Source: Acidobacteriota bacterium (lineage in GTDB: Bacteria > Acidobacteriota > Thermoanaerobaculia > Gp7-AA8). Taken from it: a stretch of DNA of 64,000 bases. The notes under the pieces are model-generated. The model was not told the DNA's origin. It made no database searches and was given only the letters and a program-made list of their open reading frames with translations. The DNA lies in the NCBI GenBank assembly GCA_019244185.1, contig JAFATB010000026.1, forward strand, positions 156,130 to 220,129. Direction: 5' to 3'. A program made the position numbers and the translations under genes. This document shows positions 1 to 10,134 of this stretch, piece after piece; the first letter of the stretch is position 1, and every line of letters starts with the position of its first letter.

Positions 1-1
1 C

Positions 2-217
2 GCCAACGTCACGGCGGTGGCTCCGCAGACGGGCGGCTATCTCGCGCTCTTCGCGTCCGACGTCGCGTGGGCCGGCACGAGCACGCTCAACTACCGTACC
101 GGCAAGACGCGTGCGAACAACGCGGTGCTGCCGCTGTCCGCGGACGGGCGCATCACGGTGAAGAATGAAGGCAGCACGCTGAACTTCATCATCGACGTGA
201 CGGGATACTTCAAGTAG
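2..217 (+). CDS. C-terminal end of a probable secreted protein (5' truncated by window edge)
   Basis: Open frame from base 2 (ANVTAVAP...RANNAVL...FIIDVTGYFK*). Resembles a beta-rich C-terminal module seen on large secreted proteins. Confidence 0.7.
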   Translation, partial: ANVTAVAPQTGGYLALFASDVAWAGTSTLNYRTGKTRANNAVLPLSADGRITVKNEGSTLNFIIDVTGYFK

Positions 218-242
218 GCGAGAGCGCCGCCGGCGCTCTCGC
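218..242. terminator. Hairpin between convergent genes, possible bidirectional terminator
   Basis: GCGAGAGCGCC-GCC-GGCGCTCTCGC inverted repeat fills the gap between the two stop codons; no U-tract. Confidence 0.5.
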
Positions 243-563
243 TTACCGATTCACCCAGTCGAGGACCGGGCCGAGCTCGAGCTTCGCCGTCTTGGCGAGC
301 TCGTTCACGCGCCGGAGGTTTCCGTCCGCGAGCGCGCGGCGAAGGTCGAGGAGCGCGTGCTTGACGTTCAACGCGTTGTCGCGAAACGCGCCGCCCTTGA
401 CGGACTTGCCGAGCGTTTCGCCGATCGGCTCGAGCTCCGCGTCGACCTTCTTCCAGTCGTCGAGCGTCCAGCGATTGCCGTCCGCGTCACGGAGAATGCT
501 GGACAGTCGGGTCGCTGCCTGTTTGGCAGCCGGCTTGTCGGGGCCAATCTGACGTTCGGTCAT
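243..563 (-). CDS. hypothetical protein (106 aa, helical)
   Basis: ATG preceded by GAAGGAG RBS; typical codon usage. Confidence 0.7.
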   Translation of the reverse strand: MTERQIGPDKPAAKQAATRLSSILRDADGNRWTLDDWKKVDAELEPIGETLGKSVKGGAFRDNALNVKHALLDLRRALADGNLRRVNELAKTAKLELGPVLDWVNR

Positions 564-685
564 CCGATCTCCTTCTCGCCGGCTTCGCAGCCGGATCGGG
601 TTCCTGATTGTCTGGGGGTGACCTGCGGAAGGCGGTAGTGTAGCGCTTCAGGCCGTTGCGATGGAAATCGCGAGAAGGGGAGGAT

Positions 686-761
<76 letters not shown>

Positions 762-884
762 AACTGAGCTACCGAGGGCTGCGCTCGGAAACAGGGGTTC
801 CGAAAAAGCGCGGCGGAAGATACCACAGCGACGTGGAGTGCAGAATAGCTTTTCGGCGCGGGTTCATTCCAAAGAAGGGAGCGC

Positions 885-912
885 TTGACAGGCGGCGGAG
901 GGGGCGTAGACT
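885..912 (+). promoter_or_regulatory. sigma70-type promoter for the riboswitch leader
   Basis: TTGACA (885-890), 16 bp spacer, TAGACT (907-912), just upstream of the aptamer. Confidence 0.75.
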
Positions 913-937
913 CGTCGGTGCCGCCCACCAGGTGGCG

Positions 938-1080
938 GCCTTGCCGCCTAATCCTCGGCGCCGAGGAGCGGGGGAACCGATCAGCGACGGCTTGCCACCG
1001 TCCGGGGTGAATCCGGCCGAAAGCCGGTAGGGCTTCCAGCCCGAATCCGACAGCTAACCTCGTAGGCAGCCGGAAGGCAG
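938..1080 (+). ncRNA. cyclic di-AMP (ydaO/yuaA) riboswitch aptamer
   Basis: Hallmark blocks in order: GCCTAATCC..GAGGAGCGGGGGAACC..GGGGTGAATCC..GTAGGGC-TTCC-AGCCCGAATCCGACAGCTAACCTCGTAGGC, then GGAAG able to pair with TTCC as the pseudoknot. Confidence 0.9.
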
Positions 1081-1086
1081 GCCAAG

Positions 1087-1120
1087 CAAACGCCGCGAAT
1101 CTCGCGGCGTTTGTGTTTTC
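1087..1120 (+). terminator. Intrinsic terminator (riboswitch expression platform)
   Basis: CAAACGCCGCGA-ATC-TCGCGGCGTTTG followed by TGTTTTC. Confidence 0.85.
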
Positions 1121-1390
1121 AGGCGGAAATCAGGGGGTGTTCACCTTTTCCTCACATGGTGCTAGAGTACGCCGCGATTTGGCGGAAAGGCGCTGCGTGA
1201 GCCCGGATGCCGGATGGGGTTCAACGATTCAAAAGTAAGAACGCTGTGGAACGGTGATTTGAACGAATCACCTGTCTGCGCATAGCTCTTTGCAAGCCGA
1301 ACTCGATGTGCAGCAACAAGTTGGCAGGATCTGGCATGAACGGCCGGAAACCTGCACAAGGGTCGCCCCGAAATCTAGAAAGGAGCCGAT

Positions 1391-4300
1391 ATGAAACGGT
1401 GCCCTACCATTTGGTCTCGTGCGGTTTGGACCGCACTGCTCGTATCACTGATCGCCGTCGGTGCATATGCGCAGCTTCAGTCAGGTAACATCTTCGGTAC
1501 AGTCACAGGAAATGATGGAGCCGCCCTCCCGGGCGTCACTGTCACCCTCTCAGGTATCGGTGCGGCGCAAAACACCGTCACCGATTCCGCCGGCCGCTTC
1601 CGCTTCATCAACCTCTCCCCCGGAACCTACACGCTCAAGGCAGAACTGGCCGGATACGGCACGGCGACGCGCAGCGGCGTGACGGTCAACATCGGTCGTA
1701 ACGCCGAACTGGCGATGACGCTCAATCCGTCCGTGTCGCAGTCGATCACGGTCACGGCCGAAGCGCCTCTCCTGGACGTGCGCAAGACCGGCACGGGCAA
1801 CGACGTTCCGCGCGTCGAGCTCGAGAAAATCCCGTCGGCCCGCGACCCGTGGGTCATCCTGCAGCAGACCCCGGGCGTCACCATGGACCGTAACAACGTC
1901 GGTGGTAACGAGTCGGGTCAGCAGTCGGTGTACGTTTCGAAGGGCACGATCGGCACGCAGTCGACGTGGAACGTTGACGGTGTCAACATCACCGACTTCG
2001 CCGCCACCGGTTCTTCGCCGTCGTACTACGACTTCGACTCGTTCGAAGAAATGCAGATCACGACGGGTGGTTCGGACCCGCGCATCATGACCCCGGGCGT
2101 CCAGCTCAACATGGTCACCAAGCGCGGCACGAACGACTTCAGCGGTTCCGCGCGGTACTTCCGCACGGACGGCGCCTGGCAGGCGGATCCCCGCGTTCCG
2201 GCCGAGGCGACCGCGTATCTCCCGCGTGTCAACGAGATCAACGGCATCAGCGATGCCGGCGGTGACATCAGCGGTCCGATCATTCGCGACAAGCTGTGGC
2301 TGTGGGCTGCCTACGGCAAGCAGAACATCAACATCCTGTCGGCCGCGATCATCGCGGGCGCTCGCTTCCAGGACAAGACGCTCCTCCGCAACGAGAACGT
2401 CAAACTGAACGCGCAGCCGTTCGCCTCGAACAGCCTCACCCTCGTCGACCAGTTCGGTGAGAAGATCAAGAAGGGCCGCAACGTCGGTCCGACGCGTCTT
2501 CCGGAAACCGCCTGGAACCAGGGCAACATCTATGACAACGGCACGGGCAGCCTGACCGACCCGACGCTGTGGAAGATCGAAGACACGCAGCTCTTCGGAC
2601 CGAACTTCTACCTCACCGGCATGTACTCGAAGGTCCAGGGCGGTTTCGGCCTCATCGCCGACAACGGCCAGGGCTGCACGACGTTCGAGTGCGGCGCTGC
2701 CGGCCCGGTGGCCAAGTTCAACGAAGCGATCGGCGCGTGGCAGGACAGCTACGTCAGCATCGACTCGCTCCGTCCGCAGACGCAGTATCGTTTGGACGGT
2801 TCGGCGTTCGCCAACACGGGCGCGATGAGCCACGAGTTCAAGTTCGGCTGGGGCTATCGCGAAGCGAAAGTCACCTCTGACTCCGTCTGGCCGGGTGGCG
2901 AATACACCGACCTGTACTCCCTCGTCGGCGGTACGGACCAGGTGCTGTTCACCCGCTTCCCGCTCCTCACGTTCTCCGCGAAGTCGACCGACGCGTACAT
3001 CGGCGACACGATGCTCCTCGGCAACCTGACCCTCCAGGCCGCTCTCCGTTACGACCTGCAGAAGGGTGCCAACTCCGCCGGCGTCTCGCCTGCGAACTCC
3101 GTCGTTCCTGAAATTCTCCCGACCGTCAACTTCCCCGCGGCCAGCGGCCTGTCGTGGGACAACATCTCGCCCCGCCTCGGTCTCACCTACGCTCTCGGCG
3201 CGGATCGCCGCACGCTGCTGCGTGCCGGCTACAACCGCTACGTCAACCAGCTCAACTCCGGTGCAGTCACCCCGACGTCCCCCGGTGCGTACTCCCGCGT
3301 TCTGTACTACTTCAATGACCTGAACCACGATCAGGTCGCGCAGCACAACGAGATCGACTTCGACTACGGTCCGCTCTTCTTCGATGGATTCGATCCGGCG
3401 AACCCCGGTGCCGCCGGCACCGCGTTCACCCGCTGGGATCCGGACCTGAAGGCGCCGATCACGGACGAAATCCTCCTCGGCGGCGAGCGCGAAGTGCTCA
3501 CCAACTTCAGCGTCGGCCTCAACCTCACGTACCGCAAGCTGAAAGACTTCGTCGGCACCTACAACGAGAAGCACCAGGGTCAGGGTGACTTCTACACGGC
3601 GGCCGACTACGTGCAGCGCCACACCAGCGGCACCCTGAACAACAACGTCCCCACGTCGCCGTTCGCGGGTACGCCGTTCGACGTCACGTACTACGAACTG
3701 GCCGCCGGCGTTCCGCTCCCGGTCTACAGCGTCATCCGCAACATCCCTGACTACGAGCAGACGTACAAGGGCGCTGAGCTCAACCTCATCAAGCGCATGT
3801 CCAACCGCTGGATGATGCGCGGCAACGTGACCCTCCAGGACTGGACGCAGGATTCCGGCGCGAACACGTCGGCTGACCCGAGCCGCGCTCGTGCGGCCAA
3901 TGCGTTCACGGCCTGCCTCACCTGCAACGGCGCGGTCATCTATCAGTCGACCGGTTCGGGCAGCAAGGGCAACGTCTACATCAACTCGAAGTGGTCGACG
4001 AGCCTCACCGGCCTCTATCAGATCCCGGTCGTCGAGACCTCGCTCGGCTTCAACCTGAACTCGCGTCAGGGCTACGCCCTCCCGTACGTGTATGCGGTTC
4101 GTACTCGTGAAGGCACGAAGAACATCATCGCGACCGACGAGGTCGACTCCGAGCGCCTCCCGAACGTCACGCAGCTCGACATGAACCTGTCGAAGGACTT
4201 CCGCTTCCGTGGCCTCGGCTTCACGGTTTCGGTCGACGCGTTCAACGTGCTCAACAAGAACACGGTCCTGCAGCGCAACGCCGGCGCCGAGAACGCCAAC

Positions 4301-4417
4301 GCGTTCAACAGCGCGAGTCCGACGGGCAGCGCTCTGAACACGTCCACCACCACCGGTCGTGTGGTCGAAGTGCTCTCGCCGCGCGTGTTCCGCATCGGCG
4401 CCCGCTTCTCCTTCTAA
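1391..4417 (+). CDS. TonB-dependent receptor-like (Oar-type) outer membrane protein with carboxypeptidase-regulatory-like N-domain
   Basis: AAGGAG RBS, signal peptide, GTVT..GAALPGVTVT domain, plug-like region (VDGVNITD, NMVTKRGTN), C-terminal RIGARFSF. Frequent GGT/CGT codons suggest high expression. Confidence 0.9.
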   Translation: MKRCPTIWSRAVWTALLVSLIAVGAYAQLQSGNIFGTVTGNDGAALPGVTVTLSGIGAAQNTVTDSAGRFRFINLSPGTYTLKAELAGYGTATRSGVTVNIGRNAELAMTLNPSVSQSITVTAEAPLLDVRKTGTGNDVPRVELEKIPSARDPWVILQQTPGVTMDRNNVGGNESGQQSVYVSKGTIGTQSTWNVDGVNITDFAATGSSPSYYDFDSFEEMQITTGGSDPRIMTPGVQLNMVTKRGTNDFSGSARYFRTDGAWQADPRVPAEATAYLPRVNEINGISDAGGDISGPIIRDKLWLWAAYGKQNINILSAAIIAGARFQDKTLLRNENVKLNAQPFASNSLTLVDQFGEKIKKGRNVGPTRLPETAWNQGNIYDNGTGSLTDPTLWKIEDTQLFGPNFYLTGMYSKVQGGFGLIADNGQGCTTFECGAAGPVAKFNEAIGAWQDSYVSIDSLRPQTQYRLDGSAFANTGAMSHEFKFGWGYREAKVTSDSVWPGGEYTDLYSLVGGTDQVLFTRFPLLTFSAKSTDAYIGDTMLLGNLTLQAALRYDLQKGANSAGVSPANSVVPEILPTVNFPAASGLSWDNISPRLGLTYALGADRRTLLRAGYNRYVNQLNSGAVTPTSPGAYSRVLYYFNDLNHDQVAQHNEIDFDYGPLFFDGFDPANPGAAGTAFTRWDPDLKAPITDEILLGGEREVLTNFSVGLNLTYRKLKDFVGTYNEKHQGQGDFYTAADYVQRHTSGTLNNNVPTSPFAGTPFDVTYYELAAGVPLPVYSVIRNIPDYEQTYKGAELNLIKRMSNRWMMRGNVTLQDWTQDSGANTSADPSRARAANAFTACLTCNGAVIYQSTGSGSKGNVYINSKWSTSLTGLYQIPVVETSLGFNLNSRQGYALPYVYAVRTREGTKNIIATDEVDSERLPNVTQLDMNLSKDFRFRGLGFTVSVDAFNVLNKNTVLQRNAGAENANAFNSASPTGSALNTSTTTGRVVEVLSPRVFRIGARFSF

Positions 4418-4439
4418 GTCGTATCCACGCAGTCACACG

Positions 4440-4471
4440 AACCCGCTGGGGGCAACCCCAGCGGGTTTTTT
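4440..4471 (+). terminator. Rho-independent terminator
   Basis: AACCCGCTGGGG-GCAA-CCCCAGCGGGTT followed by a T run. Confidence 0.9.
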
Positions 4472-4577
4472 GTTGCTCTCGCCGCCGCGGCACGCGCTGG
4501 AAGAGACAGCCACCCCTCCGCGTTGTCAGCACGGACGCGCGCGGCTCGCGCACGACACACCAACATCAGGAGACGGC

Positions 4578-5639
4578 ATGCGGAAGCTCACTCTCATCAT
4601 CACGATCGCGCTGTCGATCGTCGTCGCCGCGGTTGCGACCGCGCAGGTCCGGGGACATGGTCGCCTTCAGGGCATCGTCACCGACAAAGCCACCGGTAAA
4701 CCGGTCGCCGGTGCGAAGGTCACGGTCAGCGCCGCCGATCAGGAAACGCAGCCGATCGTCACCAAGACCGACTCGCGCGGACACTGGTCCGCCCTCGGCC
4801 TCGTCGGCGGCACCTGGAACATCGACATCGTCGCCGACGGCTACGACACCACGCGCGGCTCCGCGAGCGTCAGCGAAATGACGATGTCGCCGCTCATCAA
4901 GACGGCCATGGCTCCCGCGGTCCAGCAGGAGCAGCAGCCCGAGATGGCGCCCGTGGCCAACCCGATCATTCCGGAGGAAGCCGTCAACGCGATCAACGCG
5001 GGACAGGAACTGCTCAAGGTGAAAGCGGGCGACACCGTCACCGGTGCCGACAACTCGCAGCACGCCGCCACCGCCGACGAAGTCAAGGCGAACGCCGCGC
5101 AGGCCGTCACGCAGTTCGAGAAGGCCATCTCGCTGCTTCCCACCGACAAGGAAGAAGCGCAGAAGGTGCGCCTGCAGCTGATGGGCGTCATGTCGCGTGC
5201 GTACTACAACGCCGGCGATCTGCCGAAGGCGATCTCCACGCTCGAACAGCTCAACGCCGCCGATCCGTCCGATCCGAACGCCGGCGCGCGCAAGCTCCTC
5301 CTCGTGAACCTCTACCTCGAGAACCACGACCTCGAGAAGGGCCGCACGCTGCTCGAGCAGGTTCCTGCCGGCACGGTCACCGATCCGACGATCTACATGA
5401 ACATCGGCATTCTGTTCCTCAATCAGCAGAAGCCGGCCGACGCGCTCAAGTACTTCAGCGACGCGGTGAAGCTCGACGCGAAGAACGCGGCCGCGTACTA
5501 CTACCGCGGTCTCGCGGAAGTGCAGCTGAAGAAGGTCGCCGACGCGCGGACCGACTTCCAGCAGGTGATCGCGCTCTCACCCGATTCGTCCGAGGCGCGT
5601 GATTCGAAGCAGATGCTCGACGCGCTCAGTCACAGCTGA
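4578..5639 (+). CDS. Secreted carboxypeptidase-regulatory-like domain + TPR protein
   Basis: AGGAG RBS before ATG 4578, signal peptide, GRLQGIVTD..GKPVAGAKVTV domain, C-terminal TPR motifs. Confidence 0.85.
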   Translation: MRKLTLIITIALSIVVAAVATAQVRGHGRLQGIVTDKATGKPVAGAKVTVSAADQETQPIVTKTDSRGHWSALGLVGGTWNIDIVADGYDTTRGSASVSEMTMSPLIKTAMAPAVQQEQQPEMAPVANPIIPEEAVNAINAGQELLKVKAGDTVTGADNSQHAATADEVKANAAQAVTQFEKAISLLPTDKEEAQKVRLQLMGVMSRAYYNAGDLPKAISTLEQLNAADPSDPNAGARKLLLVNLYLENHDLEKGRTLLEQVPAGTVTDPTIYMNIGILFLNQQKPADALKYFSDAVKLDAKNAAAYYYRGLAEVQLKKVADARTDFQQVIALSPDSSEARDSKQMLDALSHS

Positions 5640-5665
5640 CGCGCTCACGCGTCTGACTCGTGCGC

Positions 5666-7900
5666 ATGTCCTTCCAGCGGTTCCCACGCTCCATCAGGGC
5701 GGTCGTTTCCACGGCCGCCCTGATGTTCGTTACGCTCTCCTGCGGGCGCCGTGCGGCGATCCCCGCGCCGTCGCGCCAGACGCCGGTCATCCTGATCTCG
5801 ATCGATACGCTGCGGTCCGATCACCTGCCTGCATACGGCTACAAGAGCGTCGAGACGCCCGCCATCGACGCGCTGCGCGCCGACTCGATCCTCTATCGCC
5901 GCGCGTACAGCCACACGCCGCTCACGTTTCCGTCGCACGTCTCGATCCTCACCGGCATGCTGCCGGCGGACAACGGCGTGCGCGACAACGTCGGCTACCG
6001 CGTGTCTCCCTCCGCGCAGATGGTGCAGGAGGTGCTCAAGAAGAACGGCTACGTGACGGGCGGCGCGATCTCCGCGTTCGTGCTGCGTCACGAGACGCTG
6101 CTCTCGCGCGGCTTCGACTTCTTCGACGACGCCGTGCAGCCGGTGAACGGGCAGATCGCCATCGGACGCGTGCAGCGCACCGGCGGTGAGACGCTCGCGG
6201 CCGGCAAGCCGTGGATCGACGCACATATCAACAAGCCGTTCTTCTTCTTCCTGCACCTCTACGATCCGCACACGCCGTACACGCCGCCCGAGCCGTACTT
6301 CTCGCGTTACACGAATCACTACGACGGCGAGATCGCGTACTCCGACTCGCTCGTCGGTGAGCTGATCGCAGACCTCAAGCAGAAGGGCGTCTACGACAAG
6401 GCGCTCATCATCCTGCTTTCCGATCACGGCGAAGGTCTCAACGAGCATGGCGAGGAGGAGCACGGCTTCTTCCTCTATCGCGAGGCCATCCAGGTGCCGC
6501 TGCTCGTCAAGCTGCCGAACTCCGCGCGCGGCGGCACCAGCGTCGACGCGCCGGTGCAGCTCGTCGACGTCTTCCCGACCATCGTCGAGCGCACCGCCAG
6601 CGCGATGCCGCCGGGCAATCATCCAGGACAGTCGCTGCTCGCGTTCCTCGACAAGAACGCGCCGTCGCGGCAGATCTACTCGGAGACGTACTACGGCCGC
6701 TTCCACTTCGGCTGGAGCGAGCTGCATTCGCTGATCAGCGGCAACGATCACTACATCCGCGCGCCGCAGCCCGAGCTCTACGACCTCGACAAAGACCCGG
6801 GCGAGAAGCACAACGCGATCGAGGAGAACCGCCGCGCGTACGTGCGTCTGCGCGCCGCGATCGAGCCGCTCATCAAAGAGCCGGAAGCCCCGTCGAACGT
6901 CGACTCCGAAACGAAGGCGAAGCTCGCCGCGCTCGGCTACATCGGCTCGACCGTGCAGACCGCGAAAGGGCAGGCGCTGCCCGATCCGAAGACGAAGATG
7001 GGCGAGTTCCACGACGTGCGGCTCGCGTACACGTACTTCGAGAACAACAACCCGCAGGAAGCGCTCAACATCACGCAGCGGCTGCTGAAGAACAATCCCG
7101 AGCTCGTGGACATGTGGGATCTGCAGGCCAAGATCCTCTTCAAGCTCAACCGCCGCCAGGATGCGCTCGAAACGGCGAAGGAAGGACTGCGTCATTCGCC
7201 GATGGCGATCACGCTGCTCTTCAATGTCGCGGACATCGCGCTCGCGCTCAACGATCTCGACACCGCGCAGAAGCATCTCGAGATCGCCGAGAAGATCGAG
7301 CCGGGCCAGGCGCACGAGACGCTCGCGCGCGTCTGGCTGCTGCGCGGCAACCAGCAGAAGGGCGAAGAGGAAGCGAAGCTCGCGCTGCAGACGCATCAGA
7401 TCCCGACGAAAGCGCTGATGATCCTCGGCTCCATCGAGATGGACCGCCAGCATTACGAGAAGGCGCTCGAGTACTACCGGCAGGCGGGAGCGGGGGAGAA
7501 GCGCTGGACCGGGAAGCCGGTCGAGAACCTGCACGCGAACAGCGGCGACGCGCTGGCACGCCTCGGACGCAACGACGAAGCGGAGCGCGAGTTCCGCGCG
7601 GAGCTCGTCGACTTTCCGAAGAACGCGCGCGCGTACTCGTCCCTCATCGTGCTGCTCGTGACGGAGCGCCGCACCGACGAGGCCACGCGGCTCGTCTTCG
7701 ACGCGATCAAAGCCAATCCGACGCCCAACATGTACGAGGTCATCTCCGAGACGCTGAAGGCGATCGGCGATGATCGCGGCGCGATGTTCTGGGCGTATCA
7801 GGGCATCCAGAAGTTTCCGCAGGACGCCGAGCTGCGGCGGCTGCCGCAACGCCTCGAGCGCGTCACGCCGCTGCTGCGAGAGCACATGCGCACGAACTGA
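5666..7900 (+). CDS. Sulfatase-like (alkaline phosphatase superfamily) hydrolase/transferase with TPRs, probable lipoprotein
   Basis: ISIDTLRSDH, TFPSH, HLYDPH, SDHGE motifs; LSC lipobox; TPR C-terminus. Start could be GTG 5660. Confidence 0.88.
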   Translation: MSFQRFPRSIRAVVSTAALMFVTLSCGRRAAIPAPSRQTPVILISIDTLRSDHLPAYGYKSVETPAIDALRADSILYRRAYSHTPLTFPSHVSILTGMLPADNGVRDNVGYRVSPSAQMVQEVLKKNGYVTGGAISAFVLRHETLLSRGFDFFDDAVQPVNGQIAIGRVQRTGGETLAAGKPWIDAHINKPFFFFLHLYDPHTPYTPPEPYFSRYTNHYDGEIAYSDSLVGELIADLKQKGVYDKALIILLSDHGEGLNEHGEEEHGFFLYREAIQVPLLVKLPNSARGGTSVDAPVQLVDVFPTIVERTASAMPPGNHPGQSLLAFLDKNAPSRQIYSETYYGRFHFGWSELHSLISGNDHYIRAPQPELYDLDKDPGEKHNAIEENRRAYVRLRAAIEPLIKEPEAPSNVDSETKAKLAALGYIGSTVQTAKGQALPDPKTKMGEFHDVRLAYTYFENNNPQEALNITQRLLKNNPELVDMWDLQAKILFKLNRRQDALETAKEGLRHSPMAITLLFNVADIALALNDLDTAQKHLEIAEKIEPGQAHETLARVWLLRGNQQKGEEEAKLALQTHQIPTKALMILGSIEMDRQHYEKALEYYRQAGAGEKRWTGKPVENLHANSGDALARLGRNDEAEREFRAELVDFPKNARAYSSLIVLLVTERRTDEATRLVFDAIKANPTPNMYEVISETLKAIGDDRGAMFWAYQGIQKFPQDAELRRLPQRLERVTPLLREHMRTN

Positions 7901-7902
7901 TC

Positions 7903-10032
7903 GTGCATCCGAAGATGGCAGCTCGCAAATCGCGCATCGTCCTCGTTTCCGTCGTCGCGGTCGTGCTCGTCGCGGCCGCGGCGGCCTGGTTCGTCGTGAA
8001 GCGTCATGCCGCGAGCGGCGGCGGTGCCGGCGCGTTCTTCGGCGGACACAGCGGCCCCGCGCGCGACATCATCCTCGTCACCATCGACACGACGCGCGCG
8101 GACGCGCTCGGCTACGCCGGCAACACCACCGTCCGCACGCCGTTCCTCGACTCGCTCGCGGCGAAGGGCCTCGTGTTCACGAACGCGCACGCGCACAACG
8201 TGATCACGCTGCCGTCCCACATCAACATCTTGACCGGTTTGTATCCGTACCAGCACGGCGTGCGCGAGAACGCCGGCTTCACGCTCGACGCCTCGCACGC
8301 CACCGTCGCCACGATGCTGCGCAAGGCCGGCTACGCGACCGGCGCGTTCGTCGGCGCGTTTCCGCTCGACGCGCGCTTCGGACTCAATCAGGGCTTCGAC
8401 GTGTACGACGACAACTACGGCAAAGGACAGGCGACCGTCGACTTCGTCGTGCAGGAGCGACCCGCGAGCGCCGTGCTCGCCGCGGCCACGGACTGGTGGC
8501 GGCGCAACGAAGGGAAGAAGCGCTTCATGTGGGTCCACTGCTACGACCCGCACGCGCCGTATCTGCCGCCCGAGCCGTACCGCACGGAGTTCCGCGGACA
8601 TCCGTATCTCGGCGAGATCTCGTACGTCGACGCGCAGCTCTCCGAGGCGCTGACGCCGATCCTCACGGCGAATCCCGACGCGCTCGTCATCGTCACCGCC
8701 GATCACGGCGAGTCGCTCGGCGAGCACGGCGAGCGCACGCACGGACTGTTCGCCTATGAAGTCACGCTGAAGATTCCGCTGCTCCTCGCGCGCGGCGGCG
8801 TCGCGCACCGCGTCGTCTCCGACTACGTGCGCCACATCGACATCGTGCCCACGATCCTCGACTCCGCCGGCGTCGCCGCGCCGAAAGAACTGCTCGGACG
8901 CTCGCTGCTGCGGAGCGGCGCCGCGACCGACACGTACTTCGAGTCGCTGTCGACGTCGATCAACCGCGGCTGGGCGCCGCTCACCGGCGTCATCCACAGC
9001 GGCCTGAAGTACATTCAGGTGCCGATCACCGAGCTGTACGACCTGCAGTCCGATCCGCACGAGCAGACCAACGTCGCCGGCGACCGCCGTCGCGACGTCG
9101 AGGCCGCGCGAAAGATTCTGGCGTCGCTCGCGAGCAGCGCGCCCGCGCCGTCGCGCAACGTTTCGAGCGAAGAGATCGCGCGGCTGCGCAGCCTCGGCTA
9201 CATCACCGGCTCCGCGGAGACGAAGGACCACTACACCGCCGCAGACGATCCGAAGACGCTCGTGCACCTCGACTCGAAGATGCACGACGCGGTCGATGCG
9301 TTCGAGCGCGGGCAAGCCGAGCGCGGCCTCTCGCTCGCGCGCGAAGTGGTCGCCGAGCGTCCGACCATGAGCGCGGGCCGCGAGTTGCTCGCGTTCATGC
9401 TGCAGCAGAACGATCGCGTCGCCGAGGCCATCGAACAGCTCGAGGTGCTGACGCGCGATCCGCACGTGAGCGACGACGACCGCACGCAGCTCGCGTTGCT
9501 GTATTGCGAGACCGGGCAGCCGAAGAAAGCGGTCGCGCTGCTCGAGCCGCACAGCAAGACGGACAATCCCGATCTGCTCAACACGTATGGCGTCGCGCTG
9601 TCCGATGACCGCCAGGTCGAGCCCGCGCGGCAGCAGTTCGAGCGCGCGCTCGCGATCGATCCGAACAACGCGCCGGCGCTGCAGAACCTCGGCATCCTCG
9701 CGCTGCGCATGGACGACGTGCCCACCGCGCGCAACTATCTCGGCCGCGCGCTCGAGCTCAATCCGAAGCTGCCGCTCGCGCTGAACACGCTCGGCGTCGT
9801 GTACGCGCGCGAGAACGACTTCCAGCACGCCGTGGAGATGTGGCAGCGCGCCGTCGACGTCGATCCGCGCCAGTACGACGCGCTCTACAACATCGGCATG
9901 GTGGCCGTGCAGGCGCGCAACGCGCCGGCCGCGCGTCAGGCGCTCACGCGCTTCGTCAACACCGCGCCGCCGTCGCAATACGCGAACGACATCGCCTCCG
10001 CGCGTCGCATCCTCGCGACGATGCCGCACTGA
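7903..10032 (+). CDS. Second sulfatase-like hydrolase/transferase with TPRs
   Basis: VTIDTTRAD, TLPSH, HCYDPH, ADHGE motifs; N-terminal membrane anchor; TPRs. Start could be ATG 7915. Confidence 0.88.
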   Translation: MHPKMAARKSRIVLVSVVAVVLVAAAAAWFVVKRHAASGGGAGAFFGGHSGPARDIILVTIDTTRADALGYAGNTTVRTPFLDSLAAKGLVFTNAHAHNVITLPSHINILTGLYPYQHGVRENAGFTLDASHATVATMLRKAGYATGAFVGAFPLDARFGLNQGFDVYDDNYGKGQATVDFVVQERPASAVLAAATDWWRRNEGKKRFMWVHCYDPHAPYLPPEPYRTEFRGHPYLGEISYVDAQLSEALTPILTANPDALVIVTADHGESLGEHGERTHGLFAYEVTLKIPLLLARGGVAHRVVSDYVRHIDIVPTILDSAGVAAPKELLGRSLLRSGAATDTYFESLSTSINRGWAPLTGVIHSGLKYIQVPITELYDLQSDPHEQTNVAGDRRRDVEAARKILASLASSAPAPSRNVSSEEIARLRSLGYITGSAETKDHYTAADDPKTLVHLDSKMHDAVDAFERGQAERGLSLAREVVAERPTMSAGRELLAFMLQQNDRVAEAIEQLEVLTRDPHVSDDDRTQLALLYCETGQPKKAVALLEPHSKTDNPDLLNTYGVALSDDRQVEPARQQFERALAIDPNNAPALQNLGILALRMDDVPTARNYLGRALELNPKLPLALNTLGVVYARENDFQHAVEMWQRAVDVDPRQYDALYNIGMVAVQARNAPAARQALTRFVNTAPPSQYANDIASARRILATMPH

Positions 10033-10134
10033 GACAAACCGTTTCAGCAGTGTGACCACCGTGTCGCGCGAGCGCGATAACGTAAGCGGCACCGCGTTCC
10101 CCGAAGTGCAACGCCTGTTTTGCGAAGGAGGATC

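Noticed and set aside
1340-1357. Possible sigma54 element CGGCCGGAAACCTGCA before the receptor gene
   Set aside because: GG-N10-GC spacing fits, but the match to TGGCAC/TTGC is poor.
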